Source: Octopus sinensis
Taxonomy: Eukaryota
Assembly: GCF_006345805.1 (NCBI RefSeq)
Contig: NW_021832417.1
Location: 1 to 64,000, forward strand
Reading direction: 5' to 3'
Length of the DNA stretch: 64,000 nt
A program made the position numbers and the translations under genes. Positions 35,148 to 48,079 of this stretch are shown here, in pieces (the stretch's first letter is position 1; every line of letters starts with the position of its first letter). The notes under the pieces were generated by a model. It was not told where the DNA came from. It was given only the letters and a program-made list of their open reading frames with translations, and made no database searches.

Positions 35148-36697
35148 CAGGGTTTTTTTTGCTGACGACCTTCTATGCTGACGACCTTGCTCTAATTGCT
35201 GAGTCACTATCAGAACTGGAGGAGAAGTTCCAGGTGTGGAAGGAGGGATTAGAATTGAGGGGCCTTAGAGTCAGCCTAGCTAAAACCAAAGTACTAATAA
35301 GTAGGAAGGTAGACAAAACACAAATGTCTTCAGGTAGATGGCCCTGCTCGATCTGTAGAAAAGGTGTAGGTAGAAACTCTATAAGATGTACCCAGTGTAA
35401 GCTATGGACACATAAGAGGTGCAGCAATGTCAAAGGAAGGCTAACTGGGAAGATAGTTTTTGTATGTGGCAGATGCTCAGGAGCAATAAACTCTGAAAAT
35501 CTGCAGAAAACAACTTCCGTCACTTTTTAGGTGGAAAAACTAGAAGTAGTAGATAGCTTCCGTTATCTAGGTGACCAAGTCAGTAGTGGGGGTGGGTGCA
35601 CTGAAAGTGTAACTGCTAGAGTAAGAATAGCCTGGGCAAAGTTTAGGGAGCTCTTACCTCTGCTGGTGACTAAAGGCCTCTCGCTCGGAGTAAAAGGCAG
35701 ACTGTATAATGCATGTGTACAAACAGCCATGCTACATGGCAGTGAAACATGGGCCATGACTGCTGAGGACATGCATGAGCTCGTGAGGAATGAAGCCAGT
35801 ATGCTCTGATGGATGTGTAATGTCAGTGTGCATACTCGACAGAGCGTTAGTACCTTGAGAGAAATGTTGGATCTAAGAAACATCAGCTGTGGTGTGCAAG
35901 ACAGACGATTGCGCTGGTATGGTCATGTGGTGAGAATGGATGAAGATAGGTGTGTGAAAAAGTGCCAATCCCTAGCTGTTGAGGGAACCCGTGGAAGAGG
36001 TAGACCCAGGAAAACCTGGGACGAGGTGGTGAAGCACGACCATCGAACTTTAGGCCTCACCGAGGCAATGACCAGTGACCTGTTGAGGCAAGCGAAGTCG
36101 AAATCGAACCTCATCCGACGACAGGCACCCATGCCAACCTCTCTTCATTGGACACAAAACTCTGCTTGCGAAGACCTGTTGGGGCAAGTGAAATCGAAAT
36201 CGTTATCGAAATTGAACCAATCCTATGACTGGCACCCAGCAGTTGCCAGGACCGCTGAACTGACTCCTGTGCAGGTGGCAACTGAAGAAACACCATTTCG
36301 ACCCTGTGCTTGAGGAGATCCATTGAGTCAACTACATCGACATCAAAATCAATGGAAACTGCAGTTGTGATCCCTGAGCCAGTAGCACGTAAACAGCACC
36401 ATCTGAAGGTGGCTGATGCCAGCGCCGCCTAGACTGGCTTCCGTGCCGGTGGCACATAAAAAGCACTATCCGAATCGTGGCTGTTGCCAGCCTCGCCTGG
36501 CACCTGTGCAGGTGGCACGTAAAAAACACTCACTACACTCACAGAGTGGTTGGCATTAGGAAGGGCATCCAGCTGTAGAAACACTGCCAGATCAGACTGG
36601 AGCCTGGTGCAGCCTTCTGGCTTCCCAGATCCCTGGTTGAACCGTCCAACCCATGCTAGCATGGAGAACGGACGTTAAACGATGATGATGATGATGA
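35148..36697 (+). mobile_element. 5'-truncated, relatively young RTE-clade LINE (RT YADD to 3' UTR and (GAT)n tail)
   Basis: One reading frame through ORFs 35159..35530, 35531..35809 and 35813.. (YADDLALIAES..CSICRKGVGRNSIRCTQCKLWTHKRC..SFRYLGD..MLHGSETW..LRWYGHVVRM..GRGRPRKTW), broken by TAG at 35528 and TGA at 35807. CpG-rich 3' UTR. Confidence 0.95.
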
Positions 36698-36814
36698 CAT
36701 TAATAACACTGATAAATTCTAAACATTAACAGCAAATACTGCTAAATGTCAGTTGTATGTTTGACTATTCTAACCTTCAATTTGGCTCACTTTATTGTCT
36801 AGAAAGGAAGAATC

Positions 36815-37232
36815 TCTAGAATATACTCTTTTACTCTTTTACTTGTTTCAGTCATTTGACTGTGGCCATATTGGAGCATCGCCTTTAGTCGAGCAAATCA
36901 ACTCCAGGACTTTTCTTTGTAAGCCTAGTACTTATTCTACTGGTCTCTTTTGTCGAACCGCTAAGTTACAGGGATGTAAACACACCAGCATCAGTTGTCA
37001 AGCAATGTTGGGGAGACAAACACAGACATACAAACACACACACACATATATATGCATATACATATATATGACAGGCTTCTTTCAGTTTCCGTCTACCAAA
37101 TCCACTCACAAGGCTTTGGTCGGCCCAAGGCAATAGTAGAAGACACTTGCCTAAGGTGCCACACAGTGGGAATGAACTCAGAACCATGTGGCTGGTAAGC
37201 AAGCTACTTACCACACAGCCACTCCTGCACCT
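36815..37232 (-). mobile_element. Full-length OK-type SINE
   Basis: Head gcaggagtggctgtgtggtaagtagcttgcttaccagccacatggttctgagttcattccc through tail ggccacagtcaaatgactgaaacaagtaaaagag on the minus strand. Confidence 0.93.
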
Positions 37233-37794
37233 GAAACTTTCTTAGCATTTTTGAAATGCAAAAAGTGATGATTCTCAAAGAAGATTAAATTTTATTGCAA
37301 ACTGGCATGTGGATCCTGATATGGTTTTATATTTGTTTCTGCCATTAATATATAGATTTAACTAAATAGGCTGATGAGAGAAATGTTTTACACTATAACA
37401 GTACTACATCTCAGACAGAATATTATCAAAATTACAGGTTTCAATTTCAATACATTGGATCACAAAACCTAGGTACTTCTAAATAGGCATTGTAAAATTT
37501 ACAAATTCTGTGCTGATCCTCAGACCTATTCTAATAAAGCCAGTCTATGAAAGCTACCACATTGTTTATCATTGAACTGTGGCCATACTGGGGCCCTATC
37601 TTCAAGAGTGTTGTGCTGATCACATTAACCATACTGATTTCAGACTTGTGCTTTTTTTTTTATCACATCCAATTTTATTGATTGACTAAGTTACCTGTTT
37701 GAGATAAATTTGACATAAATGGATGACACCAGATGCGTAAGTTAACACCAGTAAACATAAACACAATAATAAAACACACCAGAAAATACATATA

Positions 37795-37942
37795 CACACA
37801 CATACATACATACATACATACATACATACATACATACATACATACATACATACATACATACATGCCTACATGCATACATACATACATACCTACATGCATG
37901 CATACATACATGCCTACATGCATGCATACATACATACATACA
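37795..37942. repeat. (CATA)n microsatellite with variant units
   Basis: Directly visible. Confidence 0.97.
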
Positions 37943-39718
37943 TTGAGTAAATACAGTAAACAATATAAAGGACAACATGGGATGACTCAGCACAGTTTCC
38001 ACTTGCCAAATTTCATTTCATAAGACATTAGTCAATATATAGTGATAGAAGAATAATTCTATTAACAGCAAAAGAAACTGATAATTAGTGAATGCAATGA
38101 AGAAGGATTTCCATTGTCAGCAGTATAATGAAAGCTCCAGAGATGTTTTGGTTTTCTTAGACCTAATAACCAAAGCTTGGTCTTAGTGTGACTAGTAAAT
38201 TCTAGAACAACTAGAGATATACAGCATTTTGTGTGACTAAACACAGAGTTGTACAATATGCTAAAAAACATATTGGAAAAATATCTAGGAATGCCTCTTA
38301 ACATGCACTATGCTTTTGCTAATTATTATTAGTCAAATAATTGTTAGTTACAAACAGGTAAAGAGACTCTCTTGGCCTCAGCATTCAAGACATAGCAGCA
38401 CACCCATAAGCAGCATAAAAACTGAATAGTGTAATAAGAGCACTAGTACAATCTTAATAATGAGAACGATCATTTTCTAAATGACTAATTCAATTAAAGG
38501 AAGGCAATCCCAAATTATTATTAATTAAAATGAATAAAATACAGAACGAGGTGTAGGGAGTGTGTTTGATCTTTAGTAGCATGGGAACAACTCCAGACAT
38601 GCTTCAATAGTATTAGACCTCATCATAAAGCCAAACCTAAAGATGATTGTTAGATTTTAGAACTTTAAGTGGCACTACTTCATGAATGAACATTGATGCC
38701 TGTCTTGTATTCTATGCTCAATTGATTTTTGTTATTAAAGTTTTGCTTCTTTTATAAGAATTAGTTATTAGATAATGATTGTTCTCATTAACAAAGCTAT
38801 AATATTAATTAAAATACCTTAAGCTACTTCATCAGCTATGTTCTTGCCTACATTAGAAGAGGTTTCCTCCAAATAGTGTTGTCTTAAGGTAGAGGTACAC
38901 TGAACCGTTTCTGGATGCTCATGGATCTGGGGATCCAAGACTAAACTGTGTATGTTGTGAATGTGTATGTAAGAACCTTAGTGCATTGCTTTGCCCAGTA
39001 GTCTAACATGTGTAACCTAATGGTCTGGGTGTTTGTTGCATGATCATAAGGTCATGGGTTCAAGTCCTGGATTGGGTAACACATCTTGAGGAAGTCACTT
39101 CATTTTATGCTGTCCCAGTTTACTCAGCTGGAATGAATATTAGCTGATTGCTGATGCAATTCAGTCTCCCTCTAGTTCACACACTGGGTATGCTGCTATT
39201 CTGGGTGCTGAGGTCAAGAGGGTCTCTCTCTCTCTAATAATTATTAGCAAAAGCATAGTACATGTTAGCAAAACATTTTTGCTCACAAGTGATGATTAAC
39301 TGTTCTGTACTATAATACTATTAAAGCAGCTCTGACTCAAGGCACCATGCAGAGGTATTGAACCTAGAAAACAATTGTAAAGCAAACTTCTTGATCACAA
39401 AGCTTTGCCTGCATCTATGTCACACCACTTGCTTGATCTGCTACATTGAGTGGACACAGCTTCCTCAAAATTACATCCCATCTAATAAAATAATGAAATG
39501 ACACATTAGAAAATATAGTCTTACATACATCCATGAAAATAGGATGGTCACAGTTAGAAAACCTTTCATGATAGATCAGCTTGATTAGTATTGACTTGGG
39601 ACTGAATAACAACAGCAGCAGCTAGGTCAAAAGAGAAATAAGGTGTGGAGTAGGCATATGAGATGTGTGTGTATGTATGTATATAGATATAAATATATGT
39701 ATGAAAAAATATATATAT

Positions 39719-39929
39719 ATGTGACTGCATGTGTATTGTTGGTGATTTTTTTTTCTCCTCTATCTTCCCTTCCTTGGATCTATCCTTTTTCTATGTTTCT
39801 GACGAAGAGCTCCACTCGAAACATTAAATCCTCCTTCTTTCCTTTCCTGAGCGTCCAATAATACTATACTTGTTCCACGTCCTCATGTTGCCCTGTTTTC
39901 TCTTTGTGTTTTCATATTTGGATTAACTA
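39719..39929 (+). mobile_element. ~210-bp HHR-bearing short repeat, copy 2
   Basis: Homologous to 19626-19831 in opposite orientation; flanked by (TA)n on both sides. Confidence 0.75.
39795..39829 (+). ncRNA. Minimal type I hammerhead-like motif (HHR-H)
   Basis: GUUU CUGACGA A GAG CUCCA CUC GAAA CAU U AAAU: canonical CUGANGA/GAAA core; stem II is reduced to 3 bp and stem III ACGU>ACAU relative to HHR-C. Confidence 0.65.
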
Positions 39930-39949
39930 TATATATATATATATTATAT

Positions 39950-39993
<44 letters not shown>

Positions 39994-40064
39994 CATACAT
40001 ATATATAAAATACATACACACACACACACATATATATACATATATATATACACATACATACATA

Positions 40065-40975
40065 TTGGATCATCCCATAAATAATGTGTTTTTTTTTTCA
40101 ATTGCATGAACTAAAAGTCAAAGGGAAATGGGATAAACTGCCTTCATCTACTTACTATAAAAGTAGGTAGTAATTTTACCTTTACTTATTCTTAGTGCAA
40201 ATTTTGAAGAGTGCAGTTCGATTTTAACAGTTATTTTTTCAAAGCTACAATTGAAGTGGCAAACGAGCATATTCAACATATTTTGCTTCATGAATTCAAT
40301 AAAGACAACAACACAATGGAAAGTGCAAGGAATATTTATGCAGTAAATGGGGATGGGACAATAAGTGTAAGTTAGTGTCAACAGTGGTTCCAGAAATTCC
40401 AAGCCAGAAACTACAGCCTAAAAGATCAGCTCATCTGGGAAGATCTGTAGAACTCAATGAGGATGTCCTGTAAACTCTGGTGGAAAAAATACCCTTGTAA
40501 CTGTTGAGGAACTAGTAGAAAAGCTTTGATTCGGTCATTCAACCATTAGGAAAGTCAACAAATTGGATCAATGGGTTCCTCACAAATTTTCCATGTCTAA
40601 TTGCATGCAGAACGGGAATGTGTGGTCTTCTTTGCTGTCATGTCTCACAAACGAACCTTTTTTGGACTGGTGATGAGAAATGGTTCTCTATAAAAATGTC
40701 AATAACTGAAGACTGTGGATAGGAAAAGAAAAAACACCAGCACCCCAGGCTAAAGAAGGTCTTCACCCATGAAAAGTGTTATTATCTGAAGTTTAGTCCA
40801 CTTTGAACTTTTAAACTCAAACCAAATGATAACAAAGAAGATCTATTGTGAGCAGCCTGAATAGCTTAAGTTAGTGCTAGAAGGTAAACGATCATCTTTG
40901 ATTTCAAGACAAAAGGTGTTCTTCCATCAGGATTATGTTCAGCCACATACAGTGAGGGTGACACTTTAATTGTGC
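40065..40975 (+). mobile_element. Decayed mariner transposon (5' end to D34D region, 3'-truncated)
   Basis: EHIQHILLHEFNK..ARNIYAV..CQQWFQKFQA..LDQWVPHK..GDEKW..GLHP*KVLL..VFFHQDYVQPHT (WVPH, TGDEKW and HQDNA-like motifs). Confidence 0.88.
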
Positions 40976-41460
40976 TCAAACGTCCAGTTATACATTTCTA
41001 AAGCTTAGATAGTCTTTCCATCTTTTCTTTCATCTATTCGCCATTAACACTTTTAATATATATTATTATTTATGTTTACTTATTTATTTACGTATTGTTT
41101 ATTTATTTTTTTATTAATATCTACTTTCATAAGCTAATTATTTAAATTGACCCTTCAATATATAACTGCCTAAATCTCTCTCTCTCTCTCTCTCAGCCTT
41201 CATTCCTCCTTAATTCTTCATGTAATTTCCTAAATGGAATCTCTTCTTCTTAGCAACATATTTTTTGTTGTCTATCTAAATTAACCCTTGCTTGTTCACA
41301 GTGCACCCGCCCATTCCCACCACCACCACCACCAACCACCACCACCACCACCACCACCACCACTACTAGATCTCTCTCTCTCTCCACTCTCTTCTCCCAT
41401 TCTCTTCTCTCTCCACCAACGCCGGATATCTCCCTCTTCTCCCACCACCATTACCAGATA

Positions 41461-41898
41461 TCTCTTCTCTCACCGGAAACCCTCTCCCTCATTGGTGGTA
41501 TTCTCTATCATATCTGCAATCTCCTCTCCGTCTCTCTCTCTCTCATGGGACAAATGCAACTAGTTTAGCTGCCCACCTACTTAATCGGCTCTCTTTTGTC
41601 TTGACTTGAAATTTGTCAACAAACTACTCGGTAACTTCCAAGGTCGTATCAAAGGGAAAGCTAATGGGCTATATGTGCATTCTTGTTCCATGTGTGTGGT
41701 GTGTGTGTGTGTCTGTGTGCTTGCTTGACTTGTGTTGTGCATGGATACGTAGGTGATCATTCAATGGGCGTGCTTGTTCCTCTCTTCTGTCAACAGAAAC
41801 CCCCTCCCTCACTGGTGGTATCCTCATACTTACAATTTCCTCTCCCTCTCTCCCTCCTGGGACAAATGCAACTAGTTTAGCTACCCACCTACTTAATC
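41461..41898 (+). repeat. Local direct repeat of ~120 bp (41461-41586 and 41781-41898)
   Basis: Both copies end gggacaaatgcaactagtttagct(g/a)cccacctacttaatc and begin tctcttct..ca..(g)aaaccc.tccctca.tggtggta. Confidence 0.9.
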
Positions 41899-42039
41899 TA
41901 AAATTGGCATATTGATATTCATATTCTTTTCCTCTCTTCTTCTTTCTTTATTGATTTACTTACTTATATCTGCAACTCCAGGAATGCTTAAATTTACACT
42001 TTTACAATGTCCATTGAAGAGTTGTACAGGCTTAATTGC

Positions 42040-42320
42040 TTTATCTACTAGGGAGGACATTCGGTGAAAGCAACAAGATCTGTGGAATGTGAAGAATTGG
42101 ATTCTCACAATGACAATGCACCCTGTCACCGAACTCTCCTCACTCATAAGCTTCTTGCCTAAAACAACATGTTATTGCTTCCACACCCGCCCTGTTCACC
42201 AGATTTAGCACCTCTAGACTTTCATCTCTTCCTCAAGATGAAAATGCAGCTCAAAGATTACTGTTTTAACACCATTGTTGAGATTCAGAGTGAATCACAG
42301 AAGGTCCTTGACTCACAGAA
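42040..42320 (+). mobile_element. Mariner transposase C-terminal fragment
   Basis: WIL(H)NDNAPCHR..LPHPPCSPDLAPLDFHLFLKMKMQLK (YSPDLAP-D motif; ORF 42169..). Confidence 0.9.
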
Positions 42321-43379
42321 ATATATATATATATATATAATATATAACATATATTGATATATAATGATATATATAAAACATATATTGGTATATAATGATG
42401 TACATAAAGATGTATATTGATATAGGGGCACAAGCATGGATGTGCTTTATCAAGAAGTTCACTTCACAACCATATGGTTCTTGCTTGATCCCACTGTGCT
42501 TTACTTTGGGTAAATGCCCTCTTCCATAGACTTGGGTTGACCAAATGTTTGTAGGCAAATTTAGTAGACAGAAATCATGTGTGCATATGTGTGTGGTGGT
42601 GGTGGTGGTGGTGTGTGTGAGTGTGTGTGTGTACATGCATGTGTGTATGTGTGTGGGAAAACTGATATAAATATATTGTTTATTTGTGTTCTTGAAGGGT
42701 AAGTAACTCCCTACATGTAGATGATTCAGGTGGACTTAACCATTCTATAAATAGAGATTGATAAAATAAAGACCAGACTATGCACTAAGGTTGATATAAC
42801 TAAAATTGTTAAAGACAGTGTTACTGCATGGCCAAAGTTAAATGAATGAAATCAGTAACAGAACAGAAGACATATATTAGATGTAACAAAATATAATTTA
42901 GTTGTAACAAATATATTGAAACCTTGTTGAGATTTTGCTTTGCTGAGATGTGGGTGGTGAATTAAACAGAAGTGAACAGGTGGGGGAAAGAAAAACAATT
43001 GGTGCTAAAGATGGTGAAAGATAATAATATACACTGTCTTCCTTCTAGTAGCTTTTAACTTGATGTGGTTGTCATGGAAACAACAGTGTGCAAGGAAGCA
43101 GCAATTCCTTCAAATGATGATGATGGATGTAGAGGCTGCTTACAGCTAGCTTGTAAAAAGAAAGGAAGGAAAACGATATAGAAATAGATGCAAAGAAGTA
43201 AGATAGTGAAAAAAAACAAAAAAACAAAAAATAAAATGAGGTGTGGGTGTGAAGGTGGGAGTGGCTTACAAACAAAGAGTGTATCTGTTCTTAAAACCTA
43301 TGTTTAACTATGTAATTAGGAGTAAGGACTCTCAAGAAATCATATTAAATATACATAGATACACACACTCATTTATACA

Positions 43380-43598
43380 TACCTTCTGTATATATATATA
43401 TAAATATATATATATACATATATATATATACATATGTACATATACATATATATATATATACATATGTACATATACATATATACATATGTACATATATACA
43501 TATATATATACATATATATATACACATATATATATATATATATAATATATATGTATATACACACACACACATATATATACATACATATATACACACAC

Positions 43599-43656
<58 letters not shown>

Positions 43657-44265
43657 TATATATATATATGTATATACACACACACATATATATATACATA
43701 CATATACACACATATATATATACATACATATACACACACACATATATATATATACACACATATATATATATACACACACATATATATATACACATATATA
43801 TATACACACTTATATATATATACACACTTATATATATATACACATATAATATACACACACATATATATTATACATACATATATATACACATATATATATA
43901 TACATACATATATATACACATATATATATATACATATATATATACACACACATATATATAACATACATATATATACACATATATATATATACATATATAT
44001 ATACATATATATATACATACATATATATACACATATATATATACATATATATATACATTATATATACATATATATATATACATATATATATATACATACA
44101 CATATATATATATATATGTATATACATATATACATACATACATACACACATATATATATATATACATACATACATACATACATACACACACACATATATA
44201 TATATACATACATACATACATACACACATATACATTACACACACACACATATGTGTATATGTGTT
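43380..44265. repeat. ~880-bp compound (TA)n/(CA)n microsatellite
   Basis: Directly visible; it generates the long Y/I/V/C/M pseudo-ORFs. Confidence 0.98.
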
Positions 44266-44849
44266 ATGGGCGTAATGTGTTCTTGAAAACTTCAACGTAA
44301 TGAGAAATACTACAATATCAATTTTCCTAATGATTTTCATGTTATAAATTGAGATGTATTCTGACAAATTAAAAAAAAAAAAAATAAATGAAGAAACAAT
44401 ATGAATGACAAAAAACAAACAAGACAACCACTTTTATGCATGAAAATAACAATTTCTAAACATGCATACTACAATATGTATACATAAAAACACATTTGAA
44501 GAGAAATACGTCAGGGAATAAATAAAACCATAAAATTGTAACAAGTTACAATGTTATCACAAAAGATGTTGACTACTTTCTGAGGGTTGTGTGGAATGAG
44601 AGTTACTGGGAGGATGAGGGACATTATCTCTATATTATACTTCATCATCATTAACATTTATTTGAAAGGGGGAAGACCTTATTCAAAATTGTTTAATGTA
44701 TATAGCACATCATCTTTTTGTACAATTCAGTGTAGGAATGTAACTCGTTGTAAAATCTTCATGTAATTTTTATGATGTGTTCATAGTTAGTGTCATTATC
44801 ATTAAAATCTTGCAGACTTTCTTCTATAAATGCTAACCCTTCAGCAATA

Positions 44850-46100
44850 TTCTTTGTTGTCAATTTATGTGGAGTTGGTCGAATTTCTGTATTCTAATCT
44901 GTATTCCCAGCTTACTTTGATCAAACAACACCAGCTCCTTATGAGATAAATTTTCTCCATGGTATACCATCAACTCAACACTGTCATCTTTGACAACTTC
45001 TGGAAACCCTACAACATTTGCAAGTGTTGCGATATGTTTCTGAATTTAATGTTGACTTTCTTCTTGTAGAAAATTTATAAAGTCACTTGAATACTCTGGC
45101 CATCTGTTTTTCCATGCACATTTCAAAGTTGAAGGTTTCACTTCATCCCATGATTCAGCTATCTTATCCACAAAATCCATTATGTTGCACTATTGTAGGT
45201 TTATCCTCTCTGCTAATTGCTTTCATACGTTGCTTGAAAGATCTTCCTAAATAATTTATACTACAGTGAGCTATCACATCTCTCATACCAGAAAGCTCAT
45301 TTCAATGCAATGAATTGCTTGATGCATTTTTAAAAAGAGGCAATGCTTTGTTGGAAATATGCTTATCATTGTACATTTCTACAACAGGTCTAAGTTGTTT
45401 GTAAACCACTATTCAAAAAGGCCTTTAGTCATCCATGCCTTCTTATTTGAACACTAAATCAGAGGTTGATTAATCTTTGAGCAAACTTTAGAAGTACTTG
45501 AATTTTCATAGTGATACCTGAGTAAAGGCTTTAATTTAATTGCATTAGCAATTCCTGCCTGAAGAAGCTTCATATGATTTTTGCAAGCATTAAATCTTGG
45601 TGTTGAATTTTCTTCTGAAAATAAAAGCAGTTGAATAACAGCTGTCCTGAGGATACACTGCCTCTGTTATTGCTGTGGTCATTATGATGGAAAAATATTT
45701 AAAGCTCCTGTGAAAGCCAAAAGATATTGATCCTATAGACTTGAATACCAAGGACAAGTAGAAGTTAGTTAAAGGTTTGGAATGTCTCATGTATCCAGAA
45801 AGTCATCTATGTTCATTTGAATTTTCCTGCAATGGATTTGGCATTCAGAGCAGTAACCTCAACATATGCTTTACATTTTGTAACTCCCAAAATCACTGAT
45901 GATCTTTACAGTGTATGTATCATTGAGAATTTTGGTCAGAAACTGTGCAAGAATAAGCAACTGTAGGGTGCTGTTACAGTCACTATTGTCAAGGTGCCAA
46001 TTGTCAAATACAAATTGAAAACCAGCAATTTAGAAGGTGATATCAGTCTGTATAATATTTTTTCTCAACAAAACACAATTGCATACAGTTATTGAAACTA
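44850..46100 (-). mobile_element. Highly decayed Tigger/pogo-like DNA transposon
   Basis: Minus strand: ANAIKLKPLLRYHYENS..(W)CSNKKAWMTKGLFE..KALPL(L)KNASS resembles the DDE_1 motifs GN..G..KLKP..WMT..LDNA. Confidence 0.65.
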
Positions 46101-46799
46101 TATAGAATTTGACCAACAGATGACCATTCTTGGGTATACTTAGAAGGTATCTTTTGCTAAGGTTTGTGAAATATGGATGCTTCAAAAGATAGTCTTTCCT
46201 CCTATGCTTACATCTACAAATTACTGCATCAACTAAAATAGTGTGATCTTCCAGTGATTCTTCTTCTGCATGAGTTATATGAGGGTGATACACTTGTCCA
46301 CTTCATTGATGGTGTAAGTGCCTGGTTCTGTGAAAACTTGATAAATTTGACGAATACCTGGAAATATTGTAGCCATTACAAGCAGTCATTAGCAGAGTTA
46401 CAGACAGGTTTGTTTGTGTTTTATAATGAGAAGTTTGGTGTCTAAGCAGTACTCACTATTGAACAGCATTCTGCAAACTGAGAAACTTTGGAATGGAAAA
46501 TGCTTAGCTATTGGAGATTTATTTAATATATCACTCATAAACTTGGTGCTGATTTGCTCAGAAAAATTAACAACTACATTCTGAAGATTTTTTCTTACTA
46601 GTTGCTATGTGTATGGTACTTCTATCTGTCAAATACTTTTGAATTTTGAATTGCCCAGGAATTTTATCTATTAGTTGTCGATTTTATTTTTAAAAGATGG
46701 TAAATCTTAGTTCTTTGTCCTCTACTTCATCATCTTCATCATTTTGAGAAGATTGATCCTTCTAATCTGTTTTACTTGACTTGACATTTTCTTTGTAGC

Positions 46800-47260
46800 T
46801 TTTTCTTCTTTTTTCCTCTTTTGTAATTTGATTATTTTCCTTTGCAATCATTATCTCACTAATAAACATGATGATGGATTAGTTCTATTTGTTGCTCTTG
46901 TTAAGAGAGGGGATTTGCTCCCTTGATTCTATGACTAGGCATGAGATGATTTCTTCTTCATTTCCAGTCTTGTAACTGATGGTGGTCAGGAAACTAGAGT
47001 TTGTTGCTCATGTTGTAGACTTAGCTAGTCTGTATTACTTTCGTTTCTTGTTTTCTTCCCTCACCTTTTCAGTTTTTCAAAGTAAGATGCTTTGAGATTT
47101 TTACTACAGTACATATAGCAACTGAGCTTTTACGCTCTATCATCAAACTTATGCCCTTTGTCTCAGCATCTACATTTAAGCAGAGTCCTAGTATGGCTTT
47201 GTGGTCTTCGTGGGTCATTAGGACTTCTATAATAAATCCATTGTGACATACCTTGATCAC
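46800..47260 (-). mobile_element. Possible R4/Dong ORF N-terminal fragment
   Basis: THEDHKAILGLCLNVDAETKGIS resembles the WTREENKAIMECYL-type N-terminus of R4/Dong ORFs. Judged from memory. Confidence 0.35.
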
Positions 47261-48079
47261 ATGTGGCCACTTGTCAATCCTGCTTTAACTATCTACCCAT
47301 ACCACAATACAAAATTATGATTCTTACTGTCAACCATTTTAGCCAATGTTTTAGCTGTATCTTTGTTCTAAAAGTGTAGCAGATGGCACCATAACTTTTC
47401 CTCTTTTCAAGGAGAAAAGTTTCCCTGAATGTTCATGGAGTGCTTCCTGCAATTGTTGCCTCTATGGTAATTTGATACCAGGACTATCTTTTCTAAAACG
47501 TATATATATTTTGTTTTCTTTATTTTCTCTTAGATTAGATCCTCTAGCAAAGAAATACAGCCTGAGTTTATGAAACTACTTCAATAACTAGGAGTTGTGT
47601 TACATCTAAAAATCATGTTTGTGCTACAAATAGGGCAAAATTACCTTTAACACATTTAAAATACTTGACTGTACAAATGTCAGTGATATTATTATTATCT
47701 TCAAAATTGTGTTAGACTTTGAATTTTTCTATTAATTGTTCATCAAAAATGTTCATTATTTTCATTTCTTTAATTTGGTGGCATAATTTGTTTCTGAGCC
47801 GACTTTATCACATTGTTTACTATTTTGTCTTGCACTGTGTTTGTGCCTGGTAGCTATTCTCAATGTGAAAATGTGGAAAATATATAGAAGCAAATAAAGT
47901 ATGTAAAAACATTTCTTTTGTTTACCACTCCTCCAGTCACCATGGACAGACCTTCCTGGGTAATAAAAATCCTTTTTTGGCAAGACTCCAAAAAGAAATT
48001 TGCTTGAATAAAGTTTTGCTTTAAAGAAAAATAAAATGTTTCCTCTATGAGAACTGATAATTATAACAGTAATTCTAAT

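Noticed and set aside
36815-37232. tRNA-like A/B boxes at the SINE heads (also 12718, 23160, 60655)
   Set aside because: SINE heads, not tRNA genes: there is no complete cloverleaf and the sequence continues into the SINE body.
41288-41563. His/Pro/Ser-rich 91-aa ORF resembling a transcription-factor low-complexity region
   Set aside because: TTG start, built from (CCA)n and (CT)n tracts, partly duplicated locally, no adjoining exons.
43243-44427. Long ORFs of 100-228 aa rich in Y/I/V/C/M or H/T
   Set aside because: Translations of the TA/CA microsatellite. The same applies to ORFs at 8.0-8.6, 17.6-17.9, 23.7-24.0, 30.3-30.6, 33.4-33.7, 37.7-38.0 and 58.5-59.8 kb.
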